A stretch of 64,000 bases of DNA from Pelomyxa schiedti (GCA_020536535.1 JAHLWZ010000864.1:4265-68264); one strand, 5' to 3'. Counted from the stretch's first letter, positions 41,125 through 55,205 are shown. Notes: generated from the sequence alone by a model not told the origin. Translations and numbers: made by a program.

Positions 41125-43725
41125 CGGTGGTGCCAAGGCCCCCTAAACCAAAACCAAAACCAAACAAACTACAAGAAGTGTCTTCAAGTAAACGAAACCC
41201 CTGCGATAGTCTAGAAAACAAACTTGTTTTTTTGTGTGACACTATGGGGACAAAACAGAAAATTTTTTCTTCTGTGTTTACAATCTACTTCGTCATTCTC
41301 GAATTTATCAAGCGTCATTATAGTAATTTCACTAGCATCTTCCCCGTGCTACTCCTATGCAATGTTGTCTTCGCTGGCATGCTGTGGGACCTTTTTGACA
41401 TGATATGTGATCAGCTGGCTTTTAAGCAGCTATAAAAAACTCACCTTTTGTGGGAAAGAGAGGAGGATTGACTTAGCCTCCTTCAATAGAGTAGCAACAA
41501 CAGTCATTTTGCTCATCAACGTATCCATAAGAGTCCCAGTTCCTGGTGCCTTTTATTTAGTCAGTACTATTCAGGGTTTTTTTGTTGTGTTATTGCTTGC
41601 TTTTGCCCACAACCAAAAAAAAAAAAAAAAAAAAATTACCTTTGTCTTGCATATTGCCTCGAGTTCAGCCGCGTCCCTTGCGAAATCAGATAGCAACTTC
41701 ACAACGGCACTCATTGCATCGTCGGCTCCCTCCATCTTTCCAGTGTGTTTGCTTGTTTATTGGCTTTGTAGAAACACTCCTCCATTGACACTTAAAACAC
41801 ATTATTTGTCATGCTCACGTGTGCCATTTGTTTCGTCATGGTCACCTCAGCCGTTTCCGGTGTTTTTTTCCTCACATGTCATTGCCGTTTGGCCTTTTGA
41901 AACAGCCAAAAAAAAAACTAAAACGACTTGGTTTTTCTTTTTCCTTTTCTCTTTCAGTGCGTAGGTGTTGCGCTTCGCGATGAATTTCTCTTCTGGAAGT
42001 GTTCCCCTGTGCCCCTCGGTCGGTGATGTGTCAGGAAGCCCCGGGTCGTTGACGTTCCCATCCTAATGCACATTCATCATTGTGGGGCAGGTGCTCTTTG
42101 GCACAAACGGTGGTTTTTGGTTGGTTTGGTGACATTGTGTTAGTCCGCTAGTGGATTGAGATTGTTCAAAATGAGTGAGAGGATACTGTTACCGTTTTGT
42201 CAATGGCATAGTGCCTAGCCCAAATCGGCATGCTGCAGGAGTGCCTGATTAGAGGCACCATCCAGAAATATGCCGTAAGTTTCGTATTGTGATTTAAATC
42301 TGGTGGCACCTTATAATGATACAGGGTAAATTCCTTCAAAGACATCAGGTGTTAGTGGCACAGTAGTAGAAGAGCAGCCGCCGAAGTGCGTCATACTTGA
42401 TACTGGAATTCAATGAGATTCGTATAGTCAAAATTTTCTTTGGTACCTTTTGATTTTGTTTCTAATGCGTTTGCTTTTTCACATTCCTCTCTCAAGATGT
42501 TGTAATCACAACAACAATCTGTCTTAGTGAAGCAATTGATATCATTTGGAAGGAAATAAAACTTCTTGATAAAAATTTTCCTCACAATCGCTCCTGGTAG
42601 CGATAGGTGAGTGCGGACAACTGGAAGTCAGTTTTGGGTAATGCACCCACTGATCGTACAGGTAGTCTTCAGTTGAAACTACACTGAGGAGCACACTAGC
42701 ATGGTTCCACTGAAGCAAATATATGGGGTGATCCCAATGCAGCAAGATGACCTGATTTGAATATAAGTTCACACACACAACTTGCTGTTTTTTCCTCTTC
42801 TGCCTGCTTCACATCGTTGTTATTGAAATATCACCAGATTTGAATACAAATAGACCTATTCACTTCTGTAGGTTTGTTTTGGCAGTTTGGTGTTGTGGAT
42901 GGATGTGCTGACCTCTGCAGCATAGCTTTGGACTGTAAACATGATCACTTTCTGTATTGTAATATGTGCAATGAAGAGTCTTTCAGATCAATCCTTTTGT
43001 TGGTTATTACTGCAACCTTTGGGACCGTGACCTTACGTTATAGCCAGTACCCTGGTTTTCATTGGGCCAACCCAAGTCAATATACTTCTAGAGTCGTAGT
43101 GATTGTAATTGAAAATCCACCAATCAACCAGAGTAACAATGGGGGGGAGCAACACTGGAACGCACGCGGAATGACTACATTTCCCTATGAAGCCATGGTC
43201 ATTTACAGTGACAGCACTTCGAGGGAACCAGACAGAGTCTGCCGATTTCTCAGTAATAGTAAGTCCGCACATCTTCATTGGCCTTCTCTCCCGGTTGACT
43301 TGTCATCACAATAAGCCATTATTACATGAAATGACCAGAGAAGGAAAGGCTTTCCCCCGCATAGCTACGATTATGGGAACACAAGGGAGCACCTTGGGCC
43401 CCGAGTTGTTGGCACCGCCGAGGAAACTCAGGGCCACCAATTTGGCCTCCAGCGCACGATCAGGCAAAGGAGTGAGTTCGTGAACGAAAAGAAATGGGTC
43501 AAAAATACTCAACAACACCCACGCTTTCATGCCTTACCTTTTTTTGATACTCAAACCAGTAGAAATTACCGGAAACACACAAACCAAAAAGAAACACTCA
43601 AGTTGGTTCAAACGGGAAAGGCGCCTTTCGGGATTACTATGTATGTGGTTGTTGTGGTCGCTGTTGGCTTCAACACAATTCTTCCTTGGTTGGCGCAGCA
43701 GGTGAACCAACAACCGCAAGACTGA

Positions 43726-45420
43726 CATGCCTTCATCATTGTTATTTTTCCTTTCTTTTTTGCTTGATGTTGTTGCTAATCGTGTTGGTACTGGTATCGT
43801 CGTCATTGGTTAGTGTGCAGCAACCTTACCCAGGGCTCTGTTGGTTTTTTTGCGCAAGAAGTCTGACACAGAATGTTGGATCTATGAAAATGACGATCCT
43901 TATCAAGTATGTACTTCTGGATACTATTTTTCCGTTTGAGTAAACTTCGAAGTTAGTGAATTGCAGGTTATTGATTCAATCTGTGCCGTTTGTTTATGAC
44001 ACTCTCATTGATTGGATTTCTGGCCTTACAGCTAGATAGCTATCTTTATGCGGCAAATGTTTTTCAGTTTGGGGAGGTCTCAGATGACGATACAAAATAT
44101 GTGGCCAGCTTTCAACCTCCTTTTGATAACGTTGAGTTATCCAATGTTCTCTACCCTGAGAGTATGCAGTCATTACCCAAGGAAGACCTGATCTCTTATT
44201 TTAAAGGATGTATTTTGTTCAGGCATATCTATGACTAAAATTCACGACCACTTTTTGTCAAGTTCACAATTCGGACCGAATTCAGGTTCTTGTGTTGCAA
44301 TTCAGATGTTGCCTTACATAAGAATGCTGCAGCTTTTGTAGTAAAGGCCATTAATATAACACACAATGTGAACTATATCAATATATATCATCTAAGTAGC
44401 TGAAAGGAAAGCTAAACAGGTGTAATACTCACCCAAAACTACAAATTTCATAACAATTTACCTTCTGGAGCAATTGGGATTGGGACTCTGGTCTATCAGT
44501 CAAACACAGGTCAGCCAACCCCCATCAGTAGATAGATACATTGGCAATAATGTATCAACCACTATACCTCACCCCTGTGAGAGGTGATCACCTAAATGAA
44601 TCACAACAACAACAAATGTACACCAATATGTAATATCTTTTCGTGAACCAAATAAGTGGTTGGCCCCATAATCTTCCAAAGGTACAATCTATGCTGAAAT
44701 ACACACTCACTTGCGCCAGTTTGTTCCGGCCGCGCATATGTTCTTACCTTGGAGCACACCAGAGGTACAAATACGGAATCAGATTATAATGCATAACAAA
44801 CTGCAGAACCTTGAAATACTTGACAGTTCTGATGACAGCACACATCCAGATTAGTTTCAACAGCACAAGGTTGCTTTCTAACCGGTCATCATCCTAGGAA
44901 GCCTGCTGGCAGTGATGGACACCCAAAACAGCATTTACTGGATATAAGTACTGCTATTTTTACTGTACACTCTATCAATGTATGAGCGACAATCTTGGCA
45001 TGCATCAACTGGCAAAAATGATGCTATCCCAGCAGGTGTATGTTGAAGCTGAACATGCCTTCAACAGTTGGTTTTAACAATACCAACTCACTAGTGCTTA
45101 CCACAAGTACTTAGCAGATGTACATTCCCGTAACTGGAACTAAATTCAAAGGTTTGCTGTTGTCTCTCGTAATGCATTTCAGTAACCTTAAACTTGCAGT
45201 GGACAAAAGCGGCGACTTGGTGGCTGTAGCTCCGTTACCAGAATGCGGACTATAACACTTACTTTGAAAATGTGCTTGCCTTACAATACGAAACTTTCGG
45301 CATATTTCTGGATTGTACTATCCATTCAGTCACCTTCAAAGTCCATTCTTCTGAACTTCCACTGGACTCACGCGTTCACTCTTTTCAGATTCTCGTAACT
45401 TTGTCCTAATGCTAAAAATA
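43726..45420 (+). pseudogene. Possibly decayed multi-exon secreted protein (weak CHRD-like motif)
   Basis: Hydrophobic N-terminal stretch, many short intron-like segments, and VRGDHLNESQQQQMYTN-GTIYAEIHT resembling CHRD LTxxQ...GxLYVNIHT. In-frame stops are present. Confidence 0.25.
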
Positions 45421-47819
45421 GCCACCTTTTTTCTTCTACTTTGGTGCTTTGGTGATGGTGTACAGCTATTTATTATGGTCACGCGATCGAGGAACCCATC
45501 ATCCCCATTTCTTGTGTTCGAAACACCCGCGTATCCATGAATTCTACTGTTGAATATTCTGGCCTTGGTGATGTACAATACTTGTGCTGTACCGCTTGCA
45601 TGATTTAATACGTCTTAAAAAGAAAATACCAGTCAATAACTTCTTAGGTTTGGCGGCAGTGAACTGATCCAAAACTCCTGTCAAGTTGTTACAAGCAGGA
45701 ACCTTTCACATTGGAAAAGCATGCACGCAATGAGAAGGAAGCGCGGAAACTGCTGGACTGATATTATCACACAGACTGATAGGTGTTTCAATATTGATGG
45801 ACCTCTTCTGTAATTCCCTCCTGATAGGGGAGTCCACATAGTCTTGATATTGAAAGTTGTGTGCCTGAAGGCTCAGGACAAATCTTGTAAAGTCTTGGCT
45901 TGATATTGGTCAGACATTCCCATAGATTCGTGAATTGTACAAGAGACTCGCCATACCGTTTCATCTCTTTTATTTCACCGATTTTTGCCACATCCCTTGT
46001 CTTCCCATGGAGCAGACCCCCCTTTGAGAAAGTTCTGGCAACCCACGTGCTTTTCAGTTCCATTTCCGGGCTTCATGCAGCTTGCTACTGTGACCCACTG
46101 CTGCGATTTACCAAGTATCTCCAAAGAAACTCCTCTTCCAGCAGATAAAAGCTATGGGGAATCTGTTTCCCAGAATGTAACTTTTTTCATTTGATATTTG
46201 GATTTTAACTTTTGCTTTCTAGCTCCAAAAACAACATTGACGAGATTGAGGGTTTCCATTCAGGTCAAGTTCCTTTTTTTCCTAAGCAAAACGTTAACCA
46301 AGTGGTCAAACGTGCCACAGCTCCTCACCTTGCGAATTTCATTGAAGTGCGGTAGTGTTCAGCAGAGATGCAATACACCAGGACATTTTCGTGTGCAAAA
46401 CGAAGTGGTTCGAGCAGCATCCGCTGCCTCAACCTCAGGAGCATGATATCGTAAAAGTAAACAAAGCTGGCAAGCCTCAGGTTTACACATTTACGCTTTA
46501 TACACGAATATCGCAGTAATCAGGAAATGATACGCCGTACATTTCTCAATATCAACAGTGAATTAACTAATGCAAAGCACCAGATAAAGACTGACACAGA
46601 TCGCGGAATAGAGAATGCAATTCTGGATGCATCTTCTCCAGATACATTATTGCTAAAATTACGGGTGTGCAGCATCCAATCCTCTCACTCACAACTAAAC
46701 AAGCCAAGAGAATCAACATGGAGCAACATAAGTTATTTAAGAATTGCGTAAATGGTGGCACAGAGTGTGTTGTTTCGAGCCTGTCCATATGGCACATACT
46801 GCAGCTACATGTGGGAGTCCCAATAGCAACTGCAAGCACCAATTGCAAAGTCGCGCCAACTTGACCAGAACCCGCCTCAAGTGCTATGCAACATCATGAT
46901 GGTGGGTGAGCTGACGATGCGACCCTGGGACTCAGTTACTGAGCTGTGTCCAGTGATGCCAAGCATTCGTTCATATATGCAGAGCCTGTCAAAGTATCAA
47001 CATGTTTTTGAGAATTTCAAGTTCAACGATGCTGTATATTTTTCCAAACAATAAGTTGGCTCTCCGAATCAATGTGCGGGAGCTGTTGCTGATTGAATTT
47101 CGTTGGGTCAATCAACTGATATTTGTCGCAGAGAATCTTTGCACCACTTAGGGGTCTACATAACTCTTCTTTTGCTCTTTGGTGGTGAAATCTCTAGAGC
47201 TCCTCTTTGACATGGAGGGTCATGCACGCACTCTGCTGAATTCTACGAGAAGCTTGTTAGAGATTCACGGCAGCTGTAATTAAAAACTTCAGGGAAATTA
47301 CCTCACATGCACCCCCAGCACGAGGTATCACTTTTTCAGATATTCTTGGGCGATCCCCTGCCTCAAACTGTCAATGCAAACACTCAAGTAAATGACCCAT
47401 TGAAACAAAAAGGGGCCAAGCACAAAAAAGCACTGAATCGACCCTTTAGGGCGCAATGCTGTACTACATCAAAGACCACAAGGATTGTGCGTGCAATGTA
47501 AGTGTGGGTATGGCAATCCCTTAGCAACAATGCCCATCCCTCCACCACCAAAGGCCTGCCCTGCAAGCGCTCGAGCACCCCCAAAAGCAACTCCTCCCTC
47601 CACTGCAATTCGGATTCCACACTGATGCCTTCAAAAATTCCGAAGACCCCCTTAACGGCAACAGAAAAAGCAACATCCAACAAAACCACTCCTTGTGCTT
47701 TGCCCTCTACTGCTACGGGCTAGTAGTGTGTCAGCTTACTCAAGGTTTCCCTCCACTGTACATTGTTTAAGCCAACCTCACATTAACACGGCAGGAAAGC
47801 CACTGTGCCAACTCAAGGT

Positions 47820-48100
47820 GTACCGAGAGATCCAGTAATCGCCCTCAAAATCACCCTCACTGTGAGCTTTATGTCCCTGTCATCAAAGGGCATTGGCGAG
47901 ACGCCGGTTTACCTTGGAGCATCAGTATTCTTTGCACTCCAGGAAGCCGTCACCCCGCAAGGTTACTAACTGCTATTAATATAAACACATACTTCTAGTA
48001 TCTAACACCCACCAGGAGAGACGAAGGAATCACTGGGTTCTATCCACTTCCGCATCCGACAACGTGTGAGCACATCCGTGACTCTATCACTGACATGACC
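47820..48100 (+). pseudogene. Xanthine dehydrogenase/aldehyde oxidase C-terminal fragment
   Basis: LSSKGIGETPVYLGASVFFALQEAVT (cf. SSKAVGEPPLFLAASVFFAI), a GT-AG intron, then GFYPLPHPTTCEHIRD (cf. LDSPATPEKIR). The rest of the gene is absent. Confidence 0.7.
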
Positions 48101-48479
48101 CCAAATGGTCTGTATTGATGGTTGTTTGTATCTTGCTACTAACAACACAACCCAGGAGGACCATCATGGTGCTTGTATGAGTTCACACCACTGACATCCT
48201 CATCCAATCCACCACCACTCCTTGATTGTAATCACTCCACAAATTAGATCCTCAATTTTTTTTCTTCTTGTGAGAAACCAATGTATGGAACACGGCACCG
48301 ATAAGCTTTGCGGCACAGACGCATCTCTGGGCTTGGGGCATGCAATAATGGGAACAGCGGCGATGAATGAGACGAGCCCCGAGCACAACGAATGGGCGCA
48401 CGAGTGGAGTGAGGACGAGGAAACACAACAACTCGAGGAGGAGTGGGGAAAATGAGGACGAGGCACATGTGGGTTGATC

Positions 48480-49530
48480 CTAGTCCCAACGGTGGGCCTC
48501 CTAAGCAACTGGTAACGATCCACTATAAAATTGATATCTAATCATCTCTGAATTCCATCATTTGGCACAGCAAAAAGTTCGTGGACGTTTGATTCTGGAA
48601 CAGGGCAGTATTATATGCACTCCTTCACGCCAGATCAACCAGATCCCAACTGGGGATGCCAAGTGCTGGTTCACGCTATGCACGCTTTGATGCGCGGCTG
48701 GATTGGCATTGATGGTTTTTTCGGCTGGATGCAATTAGCTTTTTAGTCAAAGTAAACACATCCTCTTTTCAAGATTTTCTAAAATATTGGCAAGGATGAC
48801 CAGTTACGAGATGAACAATTAACCCGGAATGGAAGCCAGGGATGATTTATATTTCACGACTTCTCCATACAGGAACATAAAATCTCCCTCAGGTTAGGTG
48901 TCCTCTGAGTGGGTGCCCATGCACCCACAGTATCAGGTTCATGACGTTATAAAAGGATTCCGACGTGTTTTCGCATCTCACGGATGGGACAAAGTGTTGA
49001 TGGGTGAGCTATGGTTCCCTATAGAGACAGCTACAAGGTTTTATGGTGCTCCTATTGTTTGGCAGTGCAAGACAAGTGAAAGTTATGCCAAGTTCGATGA
49101 GAACAATTCAGAAGACGACATTACTGAGCACTATGACTATGATGAATGCCATCTACCAATGATATGTCGCTGGTTGATTCTGTTGTCAACCCAGAGAATA
49201 TAGAAGCAACAATTGAGGAATATATTGCTGGCATACTAGAGTTGAAGAAACGCAAAGGTTCAGTATTAATTTCCTTTCAGACTGGCAAACCAAATACAGA
49301 GTGGGCCACATCAGCCCCAAACTGGACCATTGGCATAGCCTCACGGGTGGGCCCAATGTGGCCACTGTAATCATGCTCGAATTGACCCTTCCAGGAACTT
49401 GCTTCATCTATAATGGTGACAAATTGGGACATCAAGATGGGGACTTCCCTGACTCTATGATTAAGGTAGACCTACATCCTGATCCTGCATACAAACAGTA
49501 TCCCTGCGCAGTACCAATGAAGGTTACATG
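48480..49530 (+). pseudogene. GH13 alpha-glucosidase/maltase internal fragment, frameshifted
   Basis: GGPP(fs)SNW, SWTFDSGTGQYYMHSFTPDQPDPNW, GIDGFFRLDAI, DDQLRDE, VLMGELW, LTLPGTCFIYNGDKLG. Several frameshifts and stops; no N-terminus. Confidence 0.8.
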
Positions 49531-50402
49531 GGAAATAAACTTATAAACTTACCTGTACTGCACAGAAGCGAGATATACTGGAAGATTCCCACTTCACTTT
49601 CTTACTCTGAATTCCTCTTGCTAAAACAATTCCTCGCTGAAGCAGGCGCTGCTGTGGGTGTCTTCTAATGGCAAATGATCCCGGCACTTGGGTCTATCTC
49701 AAGTTCTCTCAATTCTTATCCTTGATTTTATCCTAATGTTTATCAGGTATTCATTTACAGGCAAGAGCAACCCAGGGATACCCTTTTCCTGTTGATCTTT
49801 ATTTAAACTGACCCTTCTACCTGGAGAGTTACAGCTTGGATTCTGCACACGCAAAAAAAAAAAGCTTTAACAAAAAGTTCTTCAAGTTCTTTTCTACTTC
49901 TTTAGACCAAAACAACACCGCCAGTGTCGTAGACATCCCTTCAAGCAAGGATCAACAAACAGGAAGAGCACAATAGGTGACGTCAGTGAACTCTGCAGCA
50001 TGATGATAACCAGAGTAAATGAGGAAGAGCGAAGAAAGTGAGTGTCATTACTTCCACCAACTGAAAGAAAATTTGAGTATGGGGATAGTTCAGCTACTGT
50101 AATGCCTCAAAGACCTAGATTGGGGGTTGGTGTTGTGAGTAGTCGATGAAGGAAACCTGGCCAATGTAGCAGCCACACATTCTCATAGACCTGTAGTGCA
50201 CTGTCTGGCTGCATATCTGATACCTACTATGGGTTGAATGGAAGGAGGGCATCCTGGAGAACACCCTACTGTTGATAATGGTGGAATGGAGACCAGAGAG
50301 GAACTCATTGTACCGGCTAGTGACTTTTCATATGATGTAACATAACCAGCAGAACTCAACGCCAGTAAAGTGAGGAGGGTCCAACATATGTAGTGTTTCT
50401 TT

Positions 50403-50744
50403 GGATGTGACACTTACTCATAGCACGAGAGGGTTCCAAACAAACAGCTGGATATGTCAGACAAATTGCCCCAAGTGGCACTTGATTGGGAAATTCGTCC
50501 TGTGAGTAAAGGTGTCCCAAAGTNNNNNNNNNNNNNNNNNNNNNNNNNNNNNNNNNNNNNNNNNNNNNNNNNNNNNNNNNNNNNNNNNNNNNNNNNNNNN
50601 NNNNNNNNNNNNNNNNNNNNNNNGGATGTGACACTTACTCATAGCACGAGAGGGTTCCAAACAAACAGCTGGATATGTCAGACAAATTGCCCCAAGTGGC
50701 ACTTGATTGGGAAATTCGTCCTGTGAGTAAAGGTGTCCCAAAGT
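50403..50744. other. 100-N scaffold gap flanked by an identical 121-bp duplication (assembly artefact)
   Basis: 50403-50523 equals 50624-50744 around the N run at 50524-50623. Confidence 0.9.
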
Positions 50745-51268
50745 TTCTTTGCCTCAGTGTGAGGAGCTCCAAAAACTCCTGCCAAATGGAAAGAGGTTTC
50801 CATTTTGTTAAGTCCAACAAATTTGGTTGGGTTTGCTCCTTTAAGTGCCAGTTAGCTTTCAGAAACCTTGATATTCATTGTGTAATAATTCATAACTTGC
50901 TTGATTTCCCGCTTACACTTCAGTGAAAGAAGGCATTTCTGAAGTGGTTACAGTTTCTTGTTCAGTTATACTTCAAAGCAGACACTTTGGGAAGCTGCTG
51001 AGTAACTTCATGGAGAGTCACGCCACATAATTTCCTTTTCCATTCTCCTTGAGGGAACTTGGGGAATACAAGTATGTGCTAATGCAGGTTCCCTTGCAGT
51101 TAATAGACTAAAACTTGTGACCTGTGTCCTAGGTCGTTAAACAATTGCACAATCCATTGTGCAATTTCTTCTGAGTGAAAGAGAAAACACATAGTGGAAA
51201 GAAAGAATCATAACCATCCCTTGGAATAATTTTGGAACAACAATCGTCAAAATATCCTATTGGCGTCT

Positions 51269-51710
51269 TTATTGTCGGGCAAATGCAGGTGCCCACTGGC
51301 ACCTATGCCCAGAAGAATGATGAACGTAACTTGGATAGAGGGACCATGGGGATAGGGACCAGCAAAACCCAGCAGGAAGGCGCTCCCAGTGTGTGACGAC
51401 CATCACTGGGCGCGTGGAGCCGTCTCCCCTACAAAGACAAGTAAGCACAGTTATAACTAGCAGGGAAAAAAAAAAAAAGATACATAGGAACACGGTTAAG
51501 AAATGCTCTGATTACGCCCACAGTATCGCCGGGATCAGGGGGCCCGCCAGTGGTGTAAAAAATGGTGTCGATGGGGGGAAGGCGCATTGGAACACTGAGT
51601 GCCATGTTTATTTTGATGGCATCGACGATGTGCCTGCGCCCCGGATCGTTGGGGACAGGGTTGACGAGCTCCTGGAGCGCCACAACTTCGAGAAGGCCGA
51701 CGTAGTCCAT
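51269..51710 (-). CDS. Short or truncated gene of unknown family, paralog of 38990-39212
   Basis: MDYVGLLEVVALQELVNP...RRHIVDAIK...DTIFYTTGGPPDPGDTVGVIRAF, intron 51483-51429, then GDGSTRPVMVVTHWERL. Confidence 0.5.
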
Positions 51711-52532
51711 GTGTTGTTGAGTGTTGTCCAATTGTTTTGTTGCCTTGTTGAGTTTTTTGTTTTCTTTTCCTCCTCCTTGTTAATACATCCGTGCTCTGAA
51801 TTATGAGTAAGCAACAACCAATACAAATTAGGCTTTTTCCGACTGTTTCCCAAAGGGCTCCCTCTTTCATCAATCTTGTAGTTCTGTCCACTGGTAAAAG
51901 GCACAAGAGGCTCCTCGTTTGTCTTTGGTATCTGTGTGGCATAAGATAATATGTTTGCTGGGCCACAGAGCGAAGCCAGTTTTGCTTTGCTGTGCAGGTT
52001 TATGAATTCAATCGTGGGAAAACCGGGTAACTCAGGAGTCCCACGGCTCACATTCCGGGATGAAAATCGTTGAATCTTGTTCCAACTGAAACAATACATA
52101 CAACACATACTCACGATTTATTCAATAACAGAAACACAGCTTTAATAATACTGCGAGGAAGCACATTGTTGCCACCATTTACGCTATCGTTGACTCAAAG
52201 GAATCGCTGACAACCCGTTGTCCTCCTCTTTGGTGCCTTTATTTCTAGAAAGAAATGAATTTGGAGATCTTACAGGTTAGACAAAAAGCAGGGCAGGGAA
52301 GTGGTGCAACGGTGGGAGCTGAATTTTCCTGGGTGCAAGTGGTGCCCCCACCACGAAGCTTTTACTCCAAATACAAAAGGAAAAAAAAAGGGAGTACTTC
52401 TCATGAACATGAGGTGGTAGGCACGAGGTATCGATATCGATGATGGAGCAGGTGGTGAGGATTTTCCAGTCACAGGCTGCAAGAAGACGCGCTTGGGGAC
52501 AATTTTGCCGGGTTCAGCTGGGGTCAAAATCA

Positions 52533-53150
52533 TCAATCAAAGGCGGAGTGCAAGTCCATGCACAACACTTCGCGAAGCCCGCCATCTCGACTGAGCACCA
52601 GCACAACTTCGTCCTCGTTCAAGAGCCCCACCTTCACCACTTGACCAACATTGATCACGACACTGAAATTGTATTTGCAACGAGTAAGGAGACCCACATG
52701 AAACACGGTGATGATAGGAGCAAAGTATGCCCCAAATTCCTCCCCACATATATGTCGGACTGCCGATGCTCCACGATATCTCCAAATTATCTCACCACGC
52801 CCGTCACCAAGTTGACAAACCAGCCATCCCCGAGGCATTGATGTGCACTTACCCCAACGCCGCATCCAAGCGGCGTGATTGACACACCAACGAAAGTAAG
52901 ACAAGTGACGCCATCTCCAAAACCCCAAGGTGGCGTGCGGTGCGCGGCTTCGATAACGACGCGCCTGCATCGCCAACTTGCCGATCTCGTCGGCAGCTAC
53001 GGCGACGGGGAGCACCCTGAGGGCGCTGAGCCCGGCGCACCGTGGGATCGCCGCAGCGCTATCAACGAATCAAGTTGGTCGCGGGCGGGCGAGGTCTTCG
53101 CGGAGCAACACGCGTGCGCCGTGATCCGCCTGCCGTTGTTGTTTGTTATC
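52533..53150 (-). pseudogene. Decayed GC-rich hypothetical gene
   Basis: Coding-like GC-rich sequence split over frames with stops (SPARDQLDSLIALRRSHG..., VGQVVKVGLLNEDEVVLVL). Confidence 0.3.
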
Positions 53151-54939
53151 ATATGTGCCTCCAGTGAAACGAAATAAATTGTGGGTAGGGTGTGTTGCCC
53201 CACTATTGGCGAGCTACGATTACTAAAATGACAGCCTTCCTGTCCGTTGATTTCGTTTGGTTTCGAGGAAATCAACAAATAACCGAAGACAAGGCAGATC
53301 TCGCTGCCAGACAGCCGTGGCTAGTAACAAGATCTTGTGAACGGGCTGTGTTGTAGCATTGCAACGCGTGGGCGTCGCAGTTGAATGTGTGTTCTTTTCC
53401 TCCGCACGTGTGAAACTGTTGCAAACGAGCCACTTGGGTGTTTTTTCTTTGGTTTTTTTCTCGTTGTCAAACCGTTAATGTCTAAGGCATCTCAATTAGA
53501 ATCACTTCTGGGAACGATGTATGGGATCGTGCCATGGTACTACTGCCCTGAGGCCAGATTTAGTGTGTCTTGCTTATATTCGCCTTTTTTTTGATATTAT
53601 TTTTCTTAATGTACTTACAGCAGAGATCAACTCACTGTTAAGAACCTAGAACTGGTATTCTCTCGTACTGTATTGGGTTCTGTCTAAATTTAGTGTTTAG
53701 ATTTTCCTTGAAATACCCAACTAAACATTCCTTGCCCCAGTGAATCTGTGACTATTTTCCATTTCAAGGTGCATTGATTTGAAAACTTTTTTCCCACAAC
53801 TAAATGTGCCTTAGGCAAAGATTACTACACTAAAAAATTGCACCAAATGGGATCAGCTTATTGAAGCACTTGCCTCTCACCTTATTGATAGGTACTCAAC
53901 TTTTGTTTGGTTTCTTCTTCTCCTCACCTTTGTCTTAGATATGGTCTTACTGCAATATTACAGTGGTACTTTGAAGTATGCTAGGGCACACAGCACTTCC
54001 AGTTTTGTTTTCTCATACATCTAGGAACGAACCAAATTGTGGCTTCTGGTTTGGAACACAGGCAAACTACTTTGAGTTGTATCAAAACACTGCTTTGGCA
54101 CTCACTCACAACAAGTCCGTCAATACTAACCTTCACGGTTTCCTTTTATTGTTGCTTTTTCCTGTGTAACTTAAGTGGATGCAATTTAGTTGGAGGTACT
54201 GCAACTTGCCAATCTGGTTGGATCACAGAAACAGATGAAGACCCCCTCCATCACGCCAACACTCCAGTCCTCCAACTTTTCCATCAAGCTCACCCATGGG
54301 GTGTTGCCTGGGATACTTAGATCATGCAGCTGTCACTAAATTCCGCTACACCAACTCCCTTGTGACAACCTGGGAATCCAATGCCTCTTAAAATCACTGA
54401 CTTACAATCTTCCTTGAAAGCAAATGGCTACTGAGAACACACCCAAGTTCATGACTGAAGCATGTATGGACATCAGCCTTGGAATTCTTGATGTTGGGGT
54501 GTTTGTACCCTCTGTTTGTACACTGCTCCCACAGTCTCTCACTCAGATATTTTTCGATACAATTATGGTGAATGCATTGTGCCTTACATTTTTTTGGTGT
54601 GAAACACTCCTTATTTCCCTTTTATCTAATTCCGTACCTCCAGTTTGTGGCACTCTTGCTTACAGCTTCCTTGTCTTTTTGAAAGAGCCATCTTTTCTAC
54701 TGTGAGGACAGTAATGATATAGTGATCATATTCTATCCCAAAGCAGCTGGCAAGGGCTAGACCAGATTCAAGAAGCCTAGTGTGGGTTGAAACCCAACTG
54801 GACAGCCAAATCCCAAGAGACATACCCCCCCTTCCCCGAAATCCCAACCAAAAGCACCTTGTATGGCACAAATAACTTAACCTGTGACTCCCGGTGGAGT
54901 GAGAGAAAGAATGAGGGAAAACCTTACTCAACAACTATA

Positions 54940-55205
54940 ACAAGAAGCTCAACCCCAATCCCTCAATTAACAGAAACCAACATTGAAGCAGCTATCATTT
55001 CTTGCAAAATCAGTCCTGGTGCCTGATGGGATTTGCTTTGCAGCATACTGACCCTCTGAAAGCTCAACTATGCCATCCAAATCAGACTGGTTTCTTTGAA
55101 GGACGACTCGTCATCAACAACATTATGGCAGAATTATCCAACAACTAATACACCCTCAAACACCACAAAGATTTCCAAGGCCTGCCATAACTTAGATCAG
55201 AGTAT
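54940..55205 (+). mobile_element. Degenerate non-LTR (L1/Tx1-like) reverse transcriptase remnant
   Basis: LTETNIEAAI..SPG(fs)PDG, LCHPNQTGFFEGRLVINNI and ISKACHNLD occur in the order expected for LINE RT motifs (KSPGPDG; HPxQxGFxxGR; DxxKAFDxV), with deletions between them. Confidence 0.6.

Noticed and set aside
45780-47300. DNA transposase remnant on the minus strand
   Set aside because: Only vague resemblance; no DDE motif, zinc finger or TIRs could be identified.
50403-50744. 121-bp direct repeat as LTR or CRISPR-like unit
   Set aside because: Same gap-flanking assembly artefact; no spacers or element features.
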